Notes: generated by a model not told the origin, from the sequence alone. DNA of 64,000 nucleotides from Alphaproteobacteria bacterium (GCA_964291285.2 OZ219787.1:832001-896000), one strand, 5' to 3'. Positions 31,438 to 42,427 are shown, numbered from the stretch's first letter. Made by a program: numbers and translations.

Positions 31438-32847
31438 CTAGAGGTCGGGACTCCGGTCGGAGAAGCCGGTCTCCGCCTCATAGGCCGCGCCGAGGCTGTA
31501 GAGCGACGCTTCGCCGAAGGGGGGCGCCAGGAGCTGGATCGAGCCCGGCATGCCGAGCACCACCTCCGGCGTCGGCAGCGCGAGGCCCGGAAGCGTCAGG
31601 TAGTTGAACGGGCGCGTGCAGCGCGACAGGCGCGAGATGACCGCCTCGAAGCCCTGGGACGAGCCAACATCGGTTTCCTCGATGGTCGGCGTCGCGACAT
31701 TGAAGGTCGGCGCGAGCAGCACGTCGCAGGCCGAAAACACGCGCTCGACGAACGCCGCCACGATCCGGGGGCGAAGCTGCACGGCGGACAGGTAATCGAC
31801 CGCGCTGAAGCGGAAGCCCATCTCGCAGCGCGCGCGCATCTGGGCGCCGTAGTCCTCCCGCCGCGTCCTGAGCCAGTGGGCGTGGAGGGTCGCCGCTTCC
31901 GAGGCGGTGAGCGGCGCGGACAGCGCGTTGATGCGCGCCATGTCGCCGACATCGACCTCGACCGGCTGCGCGCCTGCGGAAACCAGCGCGGCGAGCGCGC
32001 TGTCGCGGGCCGCGAGCGCGATCTCGTCCGCATCCTCCTCGAAAAAGCCCCGCGCGACGCCCACCCGCACCCCCGACGCCTTCGGCGCGCGGGCAGCGGC
32101 GGCATAGTCCGGAACGGGGACCGGCGCCGAGGTCGGGTCCAGCGGGTCCTGCCCGGCGATCGCCGCCAGCATCAGCGCATTGTCCAGCACGGTGCGCGTG
32201 AGCGGGCCCACATTGTCCAGCGAGAAGGAGAGGCCCATCACGCCGAAACGGCTGACCCGCGTCTGGGTCGGCTTCATGCCGGCAAGGTTGCAGAAGCCGG
32301 CGGGCAGGCGGATCGAGCCGCCGGTGTCGGAGCCGAGCGCGCCGTAGCAGAGCCGCGCGGCCGTCGCTGACCCGGAGCCGGAAGACGAGCCGCCGGTGAT
32401 CCGCGCCGTGTCCCACGGATTGCGGCAGGGGCCGAAATGCTCGTTATGCCCCGTGGGCCCCATGGCGAACTCGGCCATGTTGAGGCCGCCCAGATAGGTG
32501 GCACCGGCCCCGGCCAGCCGCGCGAGCGCGGTCGAGGTCACCTCGGGGCGGAAGTCCCGCCGGATCCTGCTGCCGCAGGTCGTGAGCCCGCCGGCGCGGT
32601 AATACATGTCCTTGTGCGCGAGCGGCACGCCGGCCAGCGGCCCGAGCGCCTCGCCCGCGGCGCGTTTCGCGTCCACGGCGGCGGCGCCCTTCCGGGCGGT
32701 TTCCTCCTCCACGCGGACGAAGGCATTGAGCTTCGGGTTCACCGCCCCGATCCGCGCGAGCGCCGCTTCCGTCAGCTCCACCGCTGTGAAATCGCCCCGG
32801 ACGACGCCTTCCGCCGCCTGGGCCAGGGTGAGGTCCGTCAGGCTCAT
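31438..32847 (-). CDS. Amidase signature family protein
   Basis: GPLAGVPLAHKD, GGSSSGSG, GSDTGGSIRLPA. Confidence 0.93.
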   Translation of the reverse strand: MSLTDLTLAQAAEGVVRGDFTAVELTEAALARIGAVNPKLNAFVRVEEETARKGAAAVDAKRAAGEALGPLAGVPLAHKDMYYRAGGLTTCGSRIRRDFRPEVTSTALARLAGAGATYLGGLNMAEFAMGPTGHNEHFGPCRNPWDTARITGGSSSGSGSATAARLCYGALGSDTGGSIRLPAGFCNLAGMKPTQTRVSRFGVMGLSFSLDNVGPLTRTVLDNALMLAAIAGQDPLDPTSAPVPVPDYAAAARAPKASGVRVGVARGFFEEDADEIALAARDSALAALVSAGAQPVEVDVGDMARINALSAPLTASEAATLHAHWLRTRREDYGAQMRARCEMGFRFSAVDYLSAVQLRPRIVAAFVERVFSACDVLLAPTFNVATPTIEETDVGSSQGFEAVISRLSRCTRPFNYLTLPGLALPTPEVVLGMPGSIQLLAPPFGEASLYSLGAAYEAETGFSDRSPDL

Positions 32848-33035
32848 GCGCCGTCCTCCGGAGCGAGGCGCGCCAGCACCGTCTCGATATGCTGTGGTTC
32901 GGTGTCGAAGAGCGACCCGTCGCCATGGTCGAGCACGGCGCTCCGGAGGACGGCCTGGGCGCGGTCCGACCGGGCGCCTGCCGCCAGGTCGAAGCGGTAG
33001 CCCGGGAAGGGTTCGTCTCTCTCTGTCTCGCTCAT
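32844..33035 (-). CDS. Small (63 aa) protein coupled to the amidase gene; possible accessory subunit
   Basis: Stop overlaps the amidase start (ATGA); LFDTEP motif near the C-terminus. Confidence 0.6.
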   Translation of the reverse strand: MSETERDEPFPGYRFDLAAGARSDRAQAVLRSAVLDHGDGSLFDTEPQHIETVLARLAPEDGA

Positions 33036-33123
33036 GCTGGAAGGCCTTTCTTCTCGAAGGAGTTGCGCTCCGTGTCGTCGGCGATATTCCTTGGCGCCCG
33101 TCAACAGCGCCGGGTTTGCGGAT

Positions 33124-34041
33124 ATGGCCGACCTCATTCTGCACCATTACGACATTTCGCCCTATGCGGAGAAAATCCGCTTGGCATTCGGGCTGAAGGG
33201 GCTGGCATGGCGCTCGGTCATCCAGCCGATGGTGCTGCCGAAACCCGACCTGATGCCGCTGACGGGCGGGTTCCGCCGCACGCCGGTGCTGCAGGCCGGC
33301 GCGGACATCTATTGCGACACGCAGCGCATCGCGGTGGAGCTCGACCGGCGCTGCCCGGACCCGCCGCTGCTGCCGGAAGAGGGGCCCGGCTTCGACGCCG
33401 TTCTGGCGACATGGGCGGAGCGCGTGCTCATGTGGCCGACCGCGCGCTATGTCACCGGCATGAACCGCGAGACGCTGTCGGAGGGCTTCTTCCGCGACCG
33501 CTCCGCCATGCGGGGCCACGCCGCGCCGGACATGGAGAAGGTGGCCGCGGACTTGCCGCACCAGGAAAGACAGCTTCGCCTCATGCTGGGCTGGGTGGAA
33601 GACCTGCTGGCCGGGCCGGCACCGGACCTCGCAACCCGTACGCCCCGGCTCGCCGATTTCGCCCTCTACCAGCGGCTGTGGTGGCTGAAGGCACTCGACG
33701 GCAAGGCCGCGCCCGTGCTCGCCGGCCATCCCCGCATCGCCGACTGGATGGCCCGGATCGCCGCGATCGGCCACGGCCGGCGCTCCGAACTGACGCCGGC
33801 CGACGCGCTCCGCATAGCAGCCGAGGCAGAGCCGGCGCCCATAGCTTTAACCGCCCCGCCCGGCGACATCCCGCCCGGCTCGCGCGTCCGCGTCGCGACG
33901 GAGGATTTCGCCCTCGACCCCGTGGAAGGCGAGACCGTCCATGCGACCCCGACCGAAATCACGATCCGCCGCGAAGACCCGGAAACCGGCCGCATCCACG
34001 TCCACTTCCCCCGCCTGGGGTATGAGGTGACGGTGCTGTAG
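33124..34041 (+). CDS. Glutathione S-transferase family protein
   Basis: ILHHYDISPYAEKIRL, LTGGFRRTPVLQ, DIYCDT, VHFPRLGY. Confidence 0.9.
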   Translation: MADLILHHYDISPYAEKIRLAFGLKGLAWRSVIQPMVLPKPDLMPLTGGFRRTPVLQAGADIYCDTQRIAVELDRRCPDPPLLPEEGPGFDAVLATWAERVLMWPTARYVTGMNRETLSEGFFRDRSAMRGHAAPDMEKVAADLPHQERQLRLMLGWVEDLLAGPAPDLATRTPRLADFALYQRLWWLKALDGKAAPVLAGHPRIADWMARIAAIGHGRRSELTPADALRIAAEAEPAPIALTAPPGDIPPGSRVRVATEDFALDPVEGETVHATPTEITIRREDPETGRIHVHFPRLGYEVTVL

Positions 34042-34354
34042 GAACTATAGCCGGCAGACCGCGGTGAGGACGGTCAAGCAATCCCCCGGCTGCCGTCGGG
34101 TGATCGACCGTGTCGTGGCCGACAATCCCCGCGACACCCAGCACAGAGGCGTCAAGGTAGTGCTCGGCCTCCGTCGTCGGGGCTGCGAAATGCATGTCGG
34201 TATCGTTGCCGCTGCTCACAACGAACCCGCCCGAACTAAAATTTCTAATGTCCCAACCATGCCTTTCCTGTCCGGTTTTTTCATCTGTGTGAAAGCTATC
34301 CGATCCCGCCATATTGGCTATAACCTCATTCAAGTCATCAAGAATATTGGTCAC
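33959..34354 (-). CDS. Hypothetical protein, probably a truncated N-terminal fragment
   Basis: Purine-rich RBS before a GTG start; low-GC 5' half; 3' end overlaps the GST gene antisense. Confidence 0.4.
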   Translation of the reverse strand: MTNILDDLNEVIANMAGSDSFHTDEKTGQERHGWDIRNFSSGGFVVSSGNDTDMHFAAPTTEAEHYLDASVLGVAGIVGHDTVDHPTAAGGLLDRPHRGLPAIVPTAPSPHTPGGGSGRGCGRFPGLRGGS

Positions 34355-34562
34355 TATATCTTCCTTACTATGACCTCCGTTGGAGCCGCGATCAGGAGGT
34401 GATGAATTTCCCTTCTTCCTTATTATCTTTCCACGTCGATAAATTTAGCGAACTCATCATCGCCCATTTTTGAAATAACTTGTATAATATCGTCCGCTGT
34501 ATCACCAGGTGAAATTTTGTCAGAATACAAAAATTCTAACGAGCTTAATGCAACTTCACTAC

Positions 34563-36576
34563 CCCGACTTCCGCAACTCGGGGGTCATGAGGATGCTAAC
34601 TCATTGAATAGCCTTGATCGTCTCCCCGAGGGTCGGCACTACAAGGCGGCGAACGGAGAGGCGGCGCCGTGTGCCGTCAGGCGGAGATCCGGGGTGCGGG
34701 TTGCTGCGGCCAGGTCATGCCGAGCTGTTGCAGCAGTAGCTCGTGCTCCTTGTTCGGCCGGGTGTGGCGCGGCAGGACGAGGTGCCGGCCGTCGGTGGTT
34801 GGCAGATGGACGTCCACCATCTGGATGGTGGCGAAGGCCTCAAGGATGGCGCGTGGGGTGAGGCCCGGGGCGCGCGGCCGGGCGAGGTTCTTCAGGGTCA
34901 CCAGCAGGCAGTAGGCGATGAACGAGACGAAGATATGCGCCTCGATGCGCTCTTGGCGCTGATGGAAGATGGGGCGGATCGCGAGGTCGTGCTTGAGTTC
35001 CTTGAACGCCTGCTCGATCTCGACGAGCTGCATGTACAGATGCCACAGCGTGGCGGGGTCTTCGGCGACCATGTTGGATCGCAGCAGGTAACGGCCCTCG
35101 CGGCGGCGGACCTGGCGCAGCCGGTCGCGCTGCAGGCGGAATGAGAAGCCGTTGGCGGCGAGTTCGCTGTCGGTCCCGGGCACGGTGATGTCGACCAGGC
35201 TCCAGGCCCGGCCGGCCTCCTTCCTGGCGGCGCCGAGCTTGAGCAACAACTGATCCCGGCTGTTCGACTGCCCTTGCAACTCGGCCAATCGACGCCACAG
35301 CCTCTTCAGCCGGCGCCGGCGCATGCCGCGTTCCTTCACCTGCCGCCCCTCGCTGCGCACCAGGACGTAGAGCTCGCCATCCTCGACCAGAAGCTTGACA
35401 GTCACGGACTGGCGCACCTCCTGCCAGGGCAGGCCCAGGAACACCTTCTCGAGCCGCGTCAGCCGGCCCTTGGGCGTGCCCACCAGGTAGCGCACCGGCG
35501 CCTCGCCCTCGCGCATCGCGGCCAGCGTCTCCTCGGTGGGGATGCCGCGGTCCATGATCCACACCCGCTCGGAGCGGCCATACTGATCCTCGATCTTCTT
35601 GAGGAACGCCGCCAGCGTGGTGTCGTCGGAGGTGTTGCCCGGCATCACCTCATAGGCCAGCGGAAAGCCCTGCGGCGTAACGATCAGGGCGATCACCACC
35701 TGCACGCAGTCGGGCCGCTTGTCCCGGCTGTAGCCGAAGCGGCGCTTGTCATCGAACGGCGGATCGCTCTCGAAGTAGGTCGAGGTCAGGTCGTAGAGCA
35801 GCACGTCGAAGCGCGCCTCGAACAGCGTCGCCCAGCGGTCGCGCAGAAACGAGAAGAAGCCCTGCTTGTGCGCCAGCAGCTTGTCGAGACAGCGATAGAG
35901 TGTGTCGTCGGCGATCGCCCGCTCGCCACCCAGAAGATCGCGAAGCGCGCTGTGCTCATACCAGTGACGGTGAAGGCGCCACTCGCTGCCCGGGTCGATC
36001 AGCCGGTAGCAGACCTGGATCTTCAGGATGTCCAGCCACCGCGTGCCTTGCCGGCTCGCCGGCAGCCGCTCTTCCCAGAAGCGGTCCAGGTCCAGGCGGT
36101 CCCACAAGGACAGCGCCAGCCAGCACGCCCCCCACTGGCGCGGGTCGTGAAGCGCCACCTGCGAGAGGTCGATCTTCACCACTTCGCAAGTCAGCGCCGG
36201 CGCCTCCCGGTCCTCGGGAAACAGCGCCATCTGCCGTGATCGCGACTTGCCCTCCACCACCTCGATCGAGCGGCACCACGCCGCTCGCTGGCTGTCGTTG
36301 ATCTCCCCGAGATAGAGCACCTGACGCTGAACAACCCGACCGCCGTGGACCCGGACGTTCTCCACAACGCTCCAGTAGCGGTGCTCCTTGCCGTCCTTGA
36401 AGCGTCTCTTGCAGCGCACGAACATCAGCGCAGCGTCCGGATCTTCGCCAGCCCGATCAAGGGGGTAGGTCGGCACTACAAGCCGGTCCCGAGAGGTACT
36501 GCACCGAAATCCGACACTTCTCGCGCCGGAAAACCGTCAAATCAGTCGATTCTCAAGCCGAGTTGCGGAAGTCGGG
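34563..36576 (-). mobile_element. IS1634-family insertion sequence, copy 4
   Basis: Same IRs and 2014-bp length; flanks CTAC/CTAG (one mismatch). Confidence 0.96.
34677..36425 (-). CDS. IS1634-family DDE transposase
   Basis: Protein identical to the other copies. Confidence 0.95.
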   Translation of the reverse strand: MFVRCKRRFKDGKEHRYWSVVENVRVHGGRVVQRQVLYLGEINDSQRAAWCRSIEVVEGKSRSRQMALFPEDREAPALTCEVVKIDLSQVALHDPRQWGACWLALSLWDRLDLDRFWEERLPASRQGTRWLDILKIQVCYRLIDPGSEWRLHRHWYEHSALRDLLGGERAIADDTLYRCLDKLLAHKQGFFSFLRDRWATLFEARFDVLLYDLTSTYFESDPPFDDKRRFGYSRDKRPDCVQVVIALIVTPQGFPLAYEVMPGNTSDDTTLAAFLKKIEDQYGRSERVWIMDRGIPTEETLAAMREGEAPVRYLVGTPKGRLTRLEKVFLGLPWQEVRQSVTVKLLVEDGELYVLVRSEGRQVKERGMRRRRLKRLWRRLAELQGQSNSRDQLLLKLGAARKEAGRAWSLVDITVPGTDSELAANGFSFRLQRDRLRQVRRREGRYLLRSNMVAEDPATLWHLYMQLVEIEQAFKELKHDLAIRPIFHQRQERIEAHIFVSFIAYCLLVTLKNLARPRAPGLTPRAILEAFATIQMVDVHLPTTDGRHLVLPRHTRPNKEHELLLQQLGMTWPQQPAPRISA

Positions 36577-37269
36577 CTAGATTTCATATCACCAAAAACA
36601 TCACTTCGAAGATCAGCATTCTTGTCCACCATACCTGCTGGATTTTCCTTCAAATTTCTCAAGATTCCGACAGCTCTAAAAAGACCAACAGTAGCACATA
36701 TCCCAATATCACGGAATGATCGCAATTTTGAAATTACTATCAGAGATCCTGTTATTTCCCACTGCCTTATAAATTCAAAAAATTGACACCATATGTGTTT
36801 GTTTAGCTTTAATTTATTTGTATCCATTCCATGTTTCATCAAAATGTCTCGAGTCTCATCCTTCAAAAAGAATTCTGGCACATTATCCACAAATATAATC
36901 GCCGTATTGGAATTTTCATATTTGTTTTCTTCCACAAAGATATTATATGGAATTCGCTTAGATAAAAGAGTTGTGATCTTCTTTATATCTTCAATTATTC
37001 CTTGGTTTATGCCTCCTAGTATAGTGATATTAATGTCTCGCATTCTTCGCTGTACATATTTTCGTTCCGAAGAAAAAAATTCCCCAACAACTAATTCAGA
37101 AAACTTGTTTTTGTCCCAACATCCAATGCCATCGCAATTTTTCACTCCCGCCTGGCCAGTGACTGCAAAGAATGCAACAAATATCGCTGCGAAAACTGGA
37201 ACCCTGCGATACCTGCATATATGTGCTACCCGGATGACCGCATTCCCAGCATCCATCCACGGATGGAAC

Positions 37270-37592
37270 GGGGCCCTACCCGGATCGGCATAGTGGTTGT
37301 TGCGGCTGTCGTCGCCGGTAGCGTGGAGCCGGCAATGCGTCACCACCCGGCCCACCGCCGCGCCGATGCACGCCATAACCCCGAGCATGTGGAACATGGC
37401 GATGGCCCAGCGCGGCGATTCGGAGCCCCGATGCGCGAGATAGCGGTGGAACCCCACGAAAAAGCCGACGCAACCGTAGAGGAAACAGCCGGACACCGCG
37501 AGCAACCACCAGCCCCCGCCGGCCTCCGCAAACAGCAGCACCCAGAGCATCACGCCGCCGGTGAGGACCTGCACCCGTCCGAAGAACCGCAT
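37270..37592 (-). pseudogene. Degenerate fragment of an acyl-lipid/acyl-CoA (delta-9-type) fatty acid desaturase
   Basis: TM segments followed by His box 1 GFHRYLAHR and a decayed box 2 (RVVTHCRLHATGDDSRNNH); no third His box. Confidence 0.55.
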
Positions 37593-38372
37593 CGGCGGGC
37601 AGTGCCACCAGGAAGATACCCGCCACAGCCCGCGCAGCGGGCACAGGGCCCGGTTCCCCGCAATCGCCGGCGTTTCCATCCCAGCCCCCCGCAACGCTCC
37701 GCTCCCGAAAATCTGCCCGGCAGGCATTTGCGATGTCAATGACAGATGTGTGACACTTTGCCGGACTCGGAGAAACGCGATTGCCTGAGGCTGGCCACTG
37801 GCGGTCATTATACCGAAGGCGCGTTCCCGGCGCGGGGCGCTTGTCCTCCTCGCTTGGCTAAGGGAGGCCTGCCCCGGACCCGCGATCCGGGGGGCAGGGG
37901 CAGGAGGCAGTTCCTTCAAAGTCGCAAAACATGAAAAAAATCTAATGATATTGCCTTTTGTTCGTATTTTGAGCTTGACATCTGGCGGATTGTGATATGA
38001 TGGTCCCCAGGGAAGCGGACTCCGGAGCCGCGTCCCCGGGTGCTGCGCGGCCTAGCGGCGCCATTTTTGAAAACCCGTGAGAAGCCGACGGGAGACGTGC
38101 GTCCTCTGCCTCGCGCGCGCAATCAGGCACGCGAACCGCGCCGGCGCCGACACGCGCCCGGGCAGGCGCGGGCGCCCGCGCAGGATACGCGCGGAAAAGG
38201 GACCCGCTCCCCGTCGGAGCAAGGAGGAACGATGACAGCAACCGACCCCGCCCCGAACTGGCGGCGATGCTCGCCGAAAGGCTCGCCTCCGCCGCCGCAG
38301 CCCCTGCCAGCGCCTATGTGGTAGGACCGGCTCCGTGCAGGCCGAAATGACCTCGTCCGCAAGCCTCCCATC

Positions 38373-38417
38373 GTCACCCTGGCCGGAGCGAAGCGGAGAG
38401 CCGGGGTCCATCTTCCG
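38373..38417. repeat. Palindromic intergenic repeat (REP-like), second copy
   Basis: One mismatch to 31309-31353. Confidence 0.75.
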
Positions 38418-38669
38418 CCCTCTCCATCGGGCTGCAACGGTCAGCGATGGGCGCCGGCTTTCCCGCTCGGGGGCGGGGTACAGGCCGGGGGGCGGGGTGA
38501 CGAAAGGGACCCGATCCGGGGATGAGCCGGGACCTCATGCAGCTTGGCCCCGTCCGGGGCGACGGACAAGGGCCGTGCGGCTGCGCCAGCCCGCCGGCGG
38601 AAGGGAAGAGTCACGAATGGAGCGTTATGCCCGGACAGGCTGCAGGGCCTGCCCCCTGCGCATGCAGAT

Positions 38670-38763
38670 CATGACATCTCATGACATTCCATGACGCATC
38701 GCAGGAGGCCGGCTTCGCGGCGCGGAACATGACAAAACATGACATTCCATGACACATCGCAGG
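38670..38763. repeat. 10-bp-period CATGACA direct repeats (two blocks of three)
   Basis: CATGACAtctCATGACAttcCATGACgcatcgcagg and CATGACAaaaCATGACAttcCATGACAcatcgcagg. Confidence 0.85.
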
Positions 38764-38789
38764 GGGCCGCCCCCGCGGCCCGGGCGCGG

Positions 38790-39410
38790 TCAGCTGCAGA
38801 AGGGCCAGATCTGGTACCAGGAGTCGCAGCGGAAGCGGGACTCGCATTTGGCGAGCTGGGAGGTGTAGCGTTTGGCCGTGCGGGCGACCTTGCGGGCCGC
38901 CGCCTTGACGCCCTGCTTGTTCTTCCACTTGCCGCTCCGGTAGCCGCCGCGGCCCTCGTGATAGGCCAGGTAGAGGCTGTAGGCGTCGGTGTAGGCGATG
39001 CCGAGCCCGCGGTGGCTCTTGCGGTTGTACCAGCCGATGAAGTCGAGCGCGTCCTCCATGTCGGAGCGGCTGCGGAACCACCCGCCGCGCTCGTTCTCAT
39101 ATTCCGCCCAGGTGCCGTCCAGCGCCTGCGCATAGCCCTTGGCCGAGGTCTGGCGCCCCCAGGGGATGAACCAGAGCCACTTTCTCGGCGGCCGCGCATG
39201 GCTGCGATAGCTCGATTCCCGGTGGACGAAGGCCATCTGGACCGGAACGGGCGTGCCCCACTCGCTCTCGCTGGCGCGGGCATAGTCGTACCAGTCCGGA
39301 TACTGCTCGAACACGGAGCAGAGATTGCCCTGGTCGTCGGGCGGCGCGGTCGCGCAACCGGCAGCGAACAGGGCGAGGCAGGCGGCGAGGCCGCGCAGGA
39401 CACGGATCAT
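38790..39410 (-). CDS. Lipoprotein with a transglycosylase SLT-like domain
   Basis: Lipobox AAGC; RESSY catalytic-type motif; [13 protein letters not shown]; YLAYHEG. Confidence 0.82.
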   Translation of the reverse strand: MIRVLRGLAACLALFAAGCATAPPDDQGNLCSVFEQYPDWYDYARASESEWGTPVPVQMAFVHRESSYRSHARPPRKWLWFIPWGRQTSAKGYAQALDGTWAEYENERGGWFRSRSDMEDALDFIGWYNRKSHRGLGIAYTDAYSLYLAYHEGRGGYRSGKWKNKQGVKAAARKVARTAKRYTSQLAKCESRFRCDSWYQIWPFCS

Positions 39411-39763
39411 GACGGCCCGTTCTCCCGTTCCATCCGCCGGAAGAAACAGCTCCGGGCGCCGGTATGGCAGGCGGCGCCCGTCTGCTCGATGAGAAGCAGG
39501 ACCGTGTCGCCGTCGCAGTCGAGCCGGCATTCGCGCACCTGCTGGATGTGTCCCGAGGTGTCGCCCTTGCGCCAGAACGCCCGGCGCGAGCGCGACCAGT
39601 AGCAGGCGCGGCCCGTGCGCAGCGTCTCGGCGAGCGACTCCCGGTTCATCCAGGCCATCATCAGCACCTCGCCCGTGTCGTACGCCTGGGCGACGGCGGG
39701 GACGAGACCCGCCTCGTTGAAGCGCACGTCGGCAAGCGCGGCGGGTTCGAACGGCGCGGTCAT
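39407..39763 (-). CDS. hisI: Phosphoribosyl-AMP cyclohydrolase
   Basis: [36 protein letters not shown]. Confidence 0.96.
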   Translation of the reverse strand: MTAPFEPAALADVRFNEAGLVPAVAQAYDTGEVLMMAWMNRESLAETLRTGRACYWSRSRRAFWRKGDTSGHIQQVRECRLDCDGDTVLLLIEQTGAACHTGARSCFFRRMERENGPS

Positions 39764-40716
39764 GGCAGGACCCGCGCCATGACGTTTTCACGGAAGCGGT
39801 CGATGGCGTCGAAGGTCTCTTCCAGGCTCGGGCGCAGGAAGTTGAACATGAGGCGCGTGACGCCGGTCTCGCGGAGCGCGGCCGCGTCCCCGGCCACCTG
39901 CTCGTCGGTGCCCGTCATGATGAAGCGCTCGCCCTCGTCGTTCTGCCGCTCAAGGTCTTCGCGGTACCAGTTGGCCGAGAAGGCGAGGCCGATCTCCGCC
40001 GGGTCGCGCCCGATCTTCTCCGCCTCGGCGCGCATCCGCGCGACGCCGGCGGCGAAGCGCGCGGGCGTGTCCAGCGGATGGCGCGGATTGGCGCCGATGG
40101 GGAACCAGACATCGGCATGGCGTGCGGCGCGGCGGAGCGCCGGCCCGCTCTCGCCGCCGGTCCAGATCGGCGGGTGCGGGCGCTGCACCGGCTTCGGCTC
40201 GAAGATGATGCCGTCGAACGCCGCGAACTCGCCCGCCATGGCCGGGTTCTCTTCGGTCCAGAGCGTCTTGAACGCCTCCAGATACTCGCCGGTGACGCGC
40301 CCGCGCGCATCGAAATCCGGGGCGCCGATGGCCTCGAACTCCTCGCGCAGCCAGCCCGCGCCAACGCCGAGGTCGATGCGCCCGCCGGAGAGTACGTCCA
40401 TGGTCGCGACCGCCTTGGCGGTGAACACTGCCGGGCGGTGCGGCGCGACCATGACGGAGGAGAGGATACGCGCCTTCTTCGTGACCGCCGCGACATGGGT
40501 CATCAGGATGAGCTGGTCCATGCAGTCGCCCCAGTCGCCGGTCAGCTTGCCGGAAACGTCGTAGGGATAGCGCGAGGCGTAGCTCTTCGGGATGACGATA
40601 TGATCGGGTATCGCGAGGCGGACGAAGCCGCTCTCCTCGGCCTTGGCGGCCAGCGCCTTTATGGCTTCCGGGGTGGCCATAGGGCCGCGATTGGGGATGC
40701 TCAGACCGAATTCCAT
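39760..40716 (-). CDS. LLM-class (F420/flavin-dependent) oxidoreductase
   Basis: [37 protein letters not shown]. Confidence 0.9.
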   Translation of the reverse strand: MEFGLSIPNRGPMATPEAIKALAAKAEESGFVRLAIPDHIVIPKSYASRYPYDVSGKLTGDWGDCMDQLILMTHVAAVTKKARILSSVMVAPHRPAVFTAKAVATMDVLSGGRIDLGVGAGWLREEFEAIGAPDFDARGRVTGEYLEAFKTLWTEENPAMAGEFAAFDGIIFEPKPVQRPHPPIWTGGESGPALRRAARHADVWFPIGANPRHPLDTPARFAAGVARMRAEAEKIGRDPAEIGLAFSANWYREDLERQNDEGERFIMTGTDEQVAGDAAALRETGVTRLMFNFLRPSLEETFDAIDRFRENVMARVLP

Positions 40717-40784
40717 GGGCGCCGCTCCCGGCTGTCGTGTCTCTCGGGTATAGTCGCCTCCGGATATAGCAGGAGCGGCGGGCA

Positions 40785-41726
40785 ATGGGCATCGGTGTCG
40801 GACTGGGGCTGGCGGATTTTCCGTTCTCGGACGCGCGCGCCTTCTGGCGCTGGGTCGATCTGTGCGAGGAGGGCGGCGTCGATTCGCTCTGGCAGACGGA
40901 CCGGCTGGTCTCGCGCCAGCCGATCCTGGAGTGCATGAGCGCCATGGCGGCCATCGCCGGACGGACGCGGCGGATCAAGTTCGGCATGAACGTGGCCTCC
41001 GTCGGCTTGCGCGACCCGCTGCTGCTCGCCAAGCAATGCGCCACCATCGACGTGCTGAGCGAGGGGCGGCTGCTGCCGGCCTTCGGCGTCGGCAGCCCGC
41101 GCGGGCCGGAGTGGCAGGTGCGCGGCGAGGCCTTCGACAAGGGCGCGCGCCGGACGAATGAGGGTCTGGAAATCCTCTCCCGGCTCTGGTCGGAGGAGAA
41201 GGTCAGCTTCGAGGGCGAGTTCTACGCCATGAAGGACGCCTCGATCTCGCCCCGCCCCGTGCAGGACCCGCTGCCGCTCTGGATCGGCGGGTCGAGCCGG
41301 GCCGCCATCCGCCGCACCGCGAAATGGGGCACGGGCTGGCAGGCCGGCGGCGAGGCGCCGGAGGAAGTGGAGCCGGTGGTCGCCGCCATCCGTGACGCCG
41401 CGGAGGCGGAAGGCCGGCCGTTCGATCACGAGCATTTCGGCACGGGGCTGAATGCGCGCTTCGGCTCCTGGGACGAGCCGCTGGTGGCGAAGGCGGCGGA
41501 CGCGCAGTTGAAGCGCACCGGGCGCGACCCCCGCCGGCAATGGGCGGTCGGCAGCAGGGACGACATCCTCGCCCGCATCTCGGCCTTCGTGGATGCCGGC
41601 ATCTCCAAGTTCATCCTGCGCCCGATGGGCCGCGACGACGAGGAGATCATGGCCCAGACGCGGCGCATTGTGGAGGAGGTCGCCCCGGCCGCGGAGGCGT
41701 TGCGGGGTCAGCGCGCCGCCGCGTAG
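40785..41726 (+). CDS. LLM-class flavin-dependent oxidoreductase
   Basis: DSLWQTDRL, AKQCATIDVLSEGR, PRPVQDPLPLWIGG. Confidence 0.9.
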   Translation: MGIGVGLGLADFPFSDARAFWRWVDLCEEGGVDSLWQTDRLVSRQPILECMSAMAAIAGRTRRIKFGMNVASVGLRDPLLLAKQCATIDVLSEGRLLPAFGVGSPRGPEWQVRGEAFDKGARRTNEGLEILSRLWSEEKVSFEGEFYAMKDASISPRPVQDPLPLWIGGSSRAAIRRTAKWGTGWQAGGEAPEEVEPVVAAIRDAAEAEGRPFDHEHFGTGLNARFGSWDEPLVAKAADAQLKRTGRDPRRQWAVGSRDDILARISAFVDAGISKFILRPMGRDDEEIMAQTRRIVEEVAPAAEALRGQRAAA

Positions 41727-41738
41727 GACGGCCGGCGG

Positions 41739-42167
41739 TCAGATGACGCAGAAATGCCGGTCCTCTGCGCCGATAACGGCATCGGGCGAAATACGGGCGT
41801 CGAAGGTGACGAACCGGCCCTCATGGACGACGGCCAGCGCCAGCAGGTGGATATCCGCAATCTGCCGGGGGCCGAGGACATGGCGCCAGTCTATCGTGCC
41901 CGGGTCTAGAAGGTTCACATCGTCCGCCCAGGCGCGGTGGCGGTCTCCGGCGACGGCCGCGCGCAGCCGGTCGGCAACGGTGCGCGGCGGCAAGTTGCCC
42001 GGATAGGCCGGCTGCGACATGACGCGTATGCACCCGTTGCGCGTAACAGCACAGGTGGCCCAGCCGTGCTGGGCATTGTCCCGGAACCAGCGCCAGGCCG
42101 GTTCATGGTGGAGGTGCTGGGCGTCGAGCAGCGCGATCAGCACATTGACATCCAGCAGGGCGCGCAT
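41739..42167 (-). CDS. vapC: VapC-type PIN-domain toxin
   Basis: LLDVNVLIAL, QIADIHLLALA, FVTFD. Confidence 0.88.
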   Translation of the reverse strand: MRALLDVNVLIALLDAQHLHHEPAWRWFRDNAQHGWATCAVTRNGCIRVMSQPAYPGNLPPRTVADRLRAAVAGDRHRAWADDVNLLDPGTIDWRHVLGPRQIADIHLLALAVVHEGRFVTFDARISPDAVIGAEDRHFCVI

Positions 42168-42427
42168 CAGCCGCCGCTTTCCTCCCGGAGCCGGTCGATC
42201 AGCTCATTGGTCACGATGCCGCCGCGCGGCGGGAACGGGCGGAAGCCGAATTCCGCCCTCCCGAAGGGCGCCTGCGCTTCCGCCATTTCCGTTCCGTAAG
42301 GCTCGCCGCCCGCAAGCGCCCGGCGGAGCAGATCGGACACCGCCCCGCCGACGGATCTGGAGTCGCGCCTCGCGATTTCCTTGACTGCCAGCAGCAGGTC
42401 GTCGTCGATATTGAGCGTGGTGCGCAT
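42167..42427 (-). CDS. vapB: VapB-type RHH antitoxin
   Basis: MRTTLNIDDDLL; VTNELIDRLREE; stop overlaps the vapC start. Confidence 0.85.
   Translation of the reverse strand: MRTTLNIDDDLLLAVKEIARRDSRSVGGAVSDLLRRALAGGEPYGTEMAEAQAPFGRAEFGFRPFPPRGGIVTNELIDRLREESGG

Larger units (their letters stand above)
34423..37256 (-). pseudogene. Low-GC exported protein (DUF2927-like by motif) interrupted by IS1634 copy 4
   Basis: Hydrophobic N-terminal segment and AT-rich codons. Removing the IS plus 4 bp gives an in-frame ...GDMKSSEVALSSLEFLYSDKISPGDTADD...DVER-stop at 34423. Confidence 0.65.

Noticed and set aside
37110-37150. NCDG motif in the low-GC exported protein resembling the array motif
   Set aside because: No other part of the six-Cys scaffold is present; likely coincidence.
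38670-38763. Possible CRISPR array
   Set aside because: The repeat is only 7 bp with 3-bp spacers, and there are no cas genes in the window.
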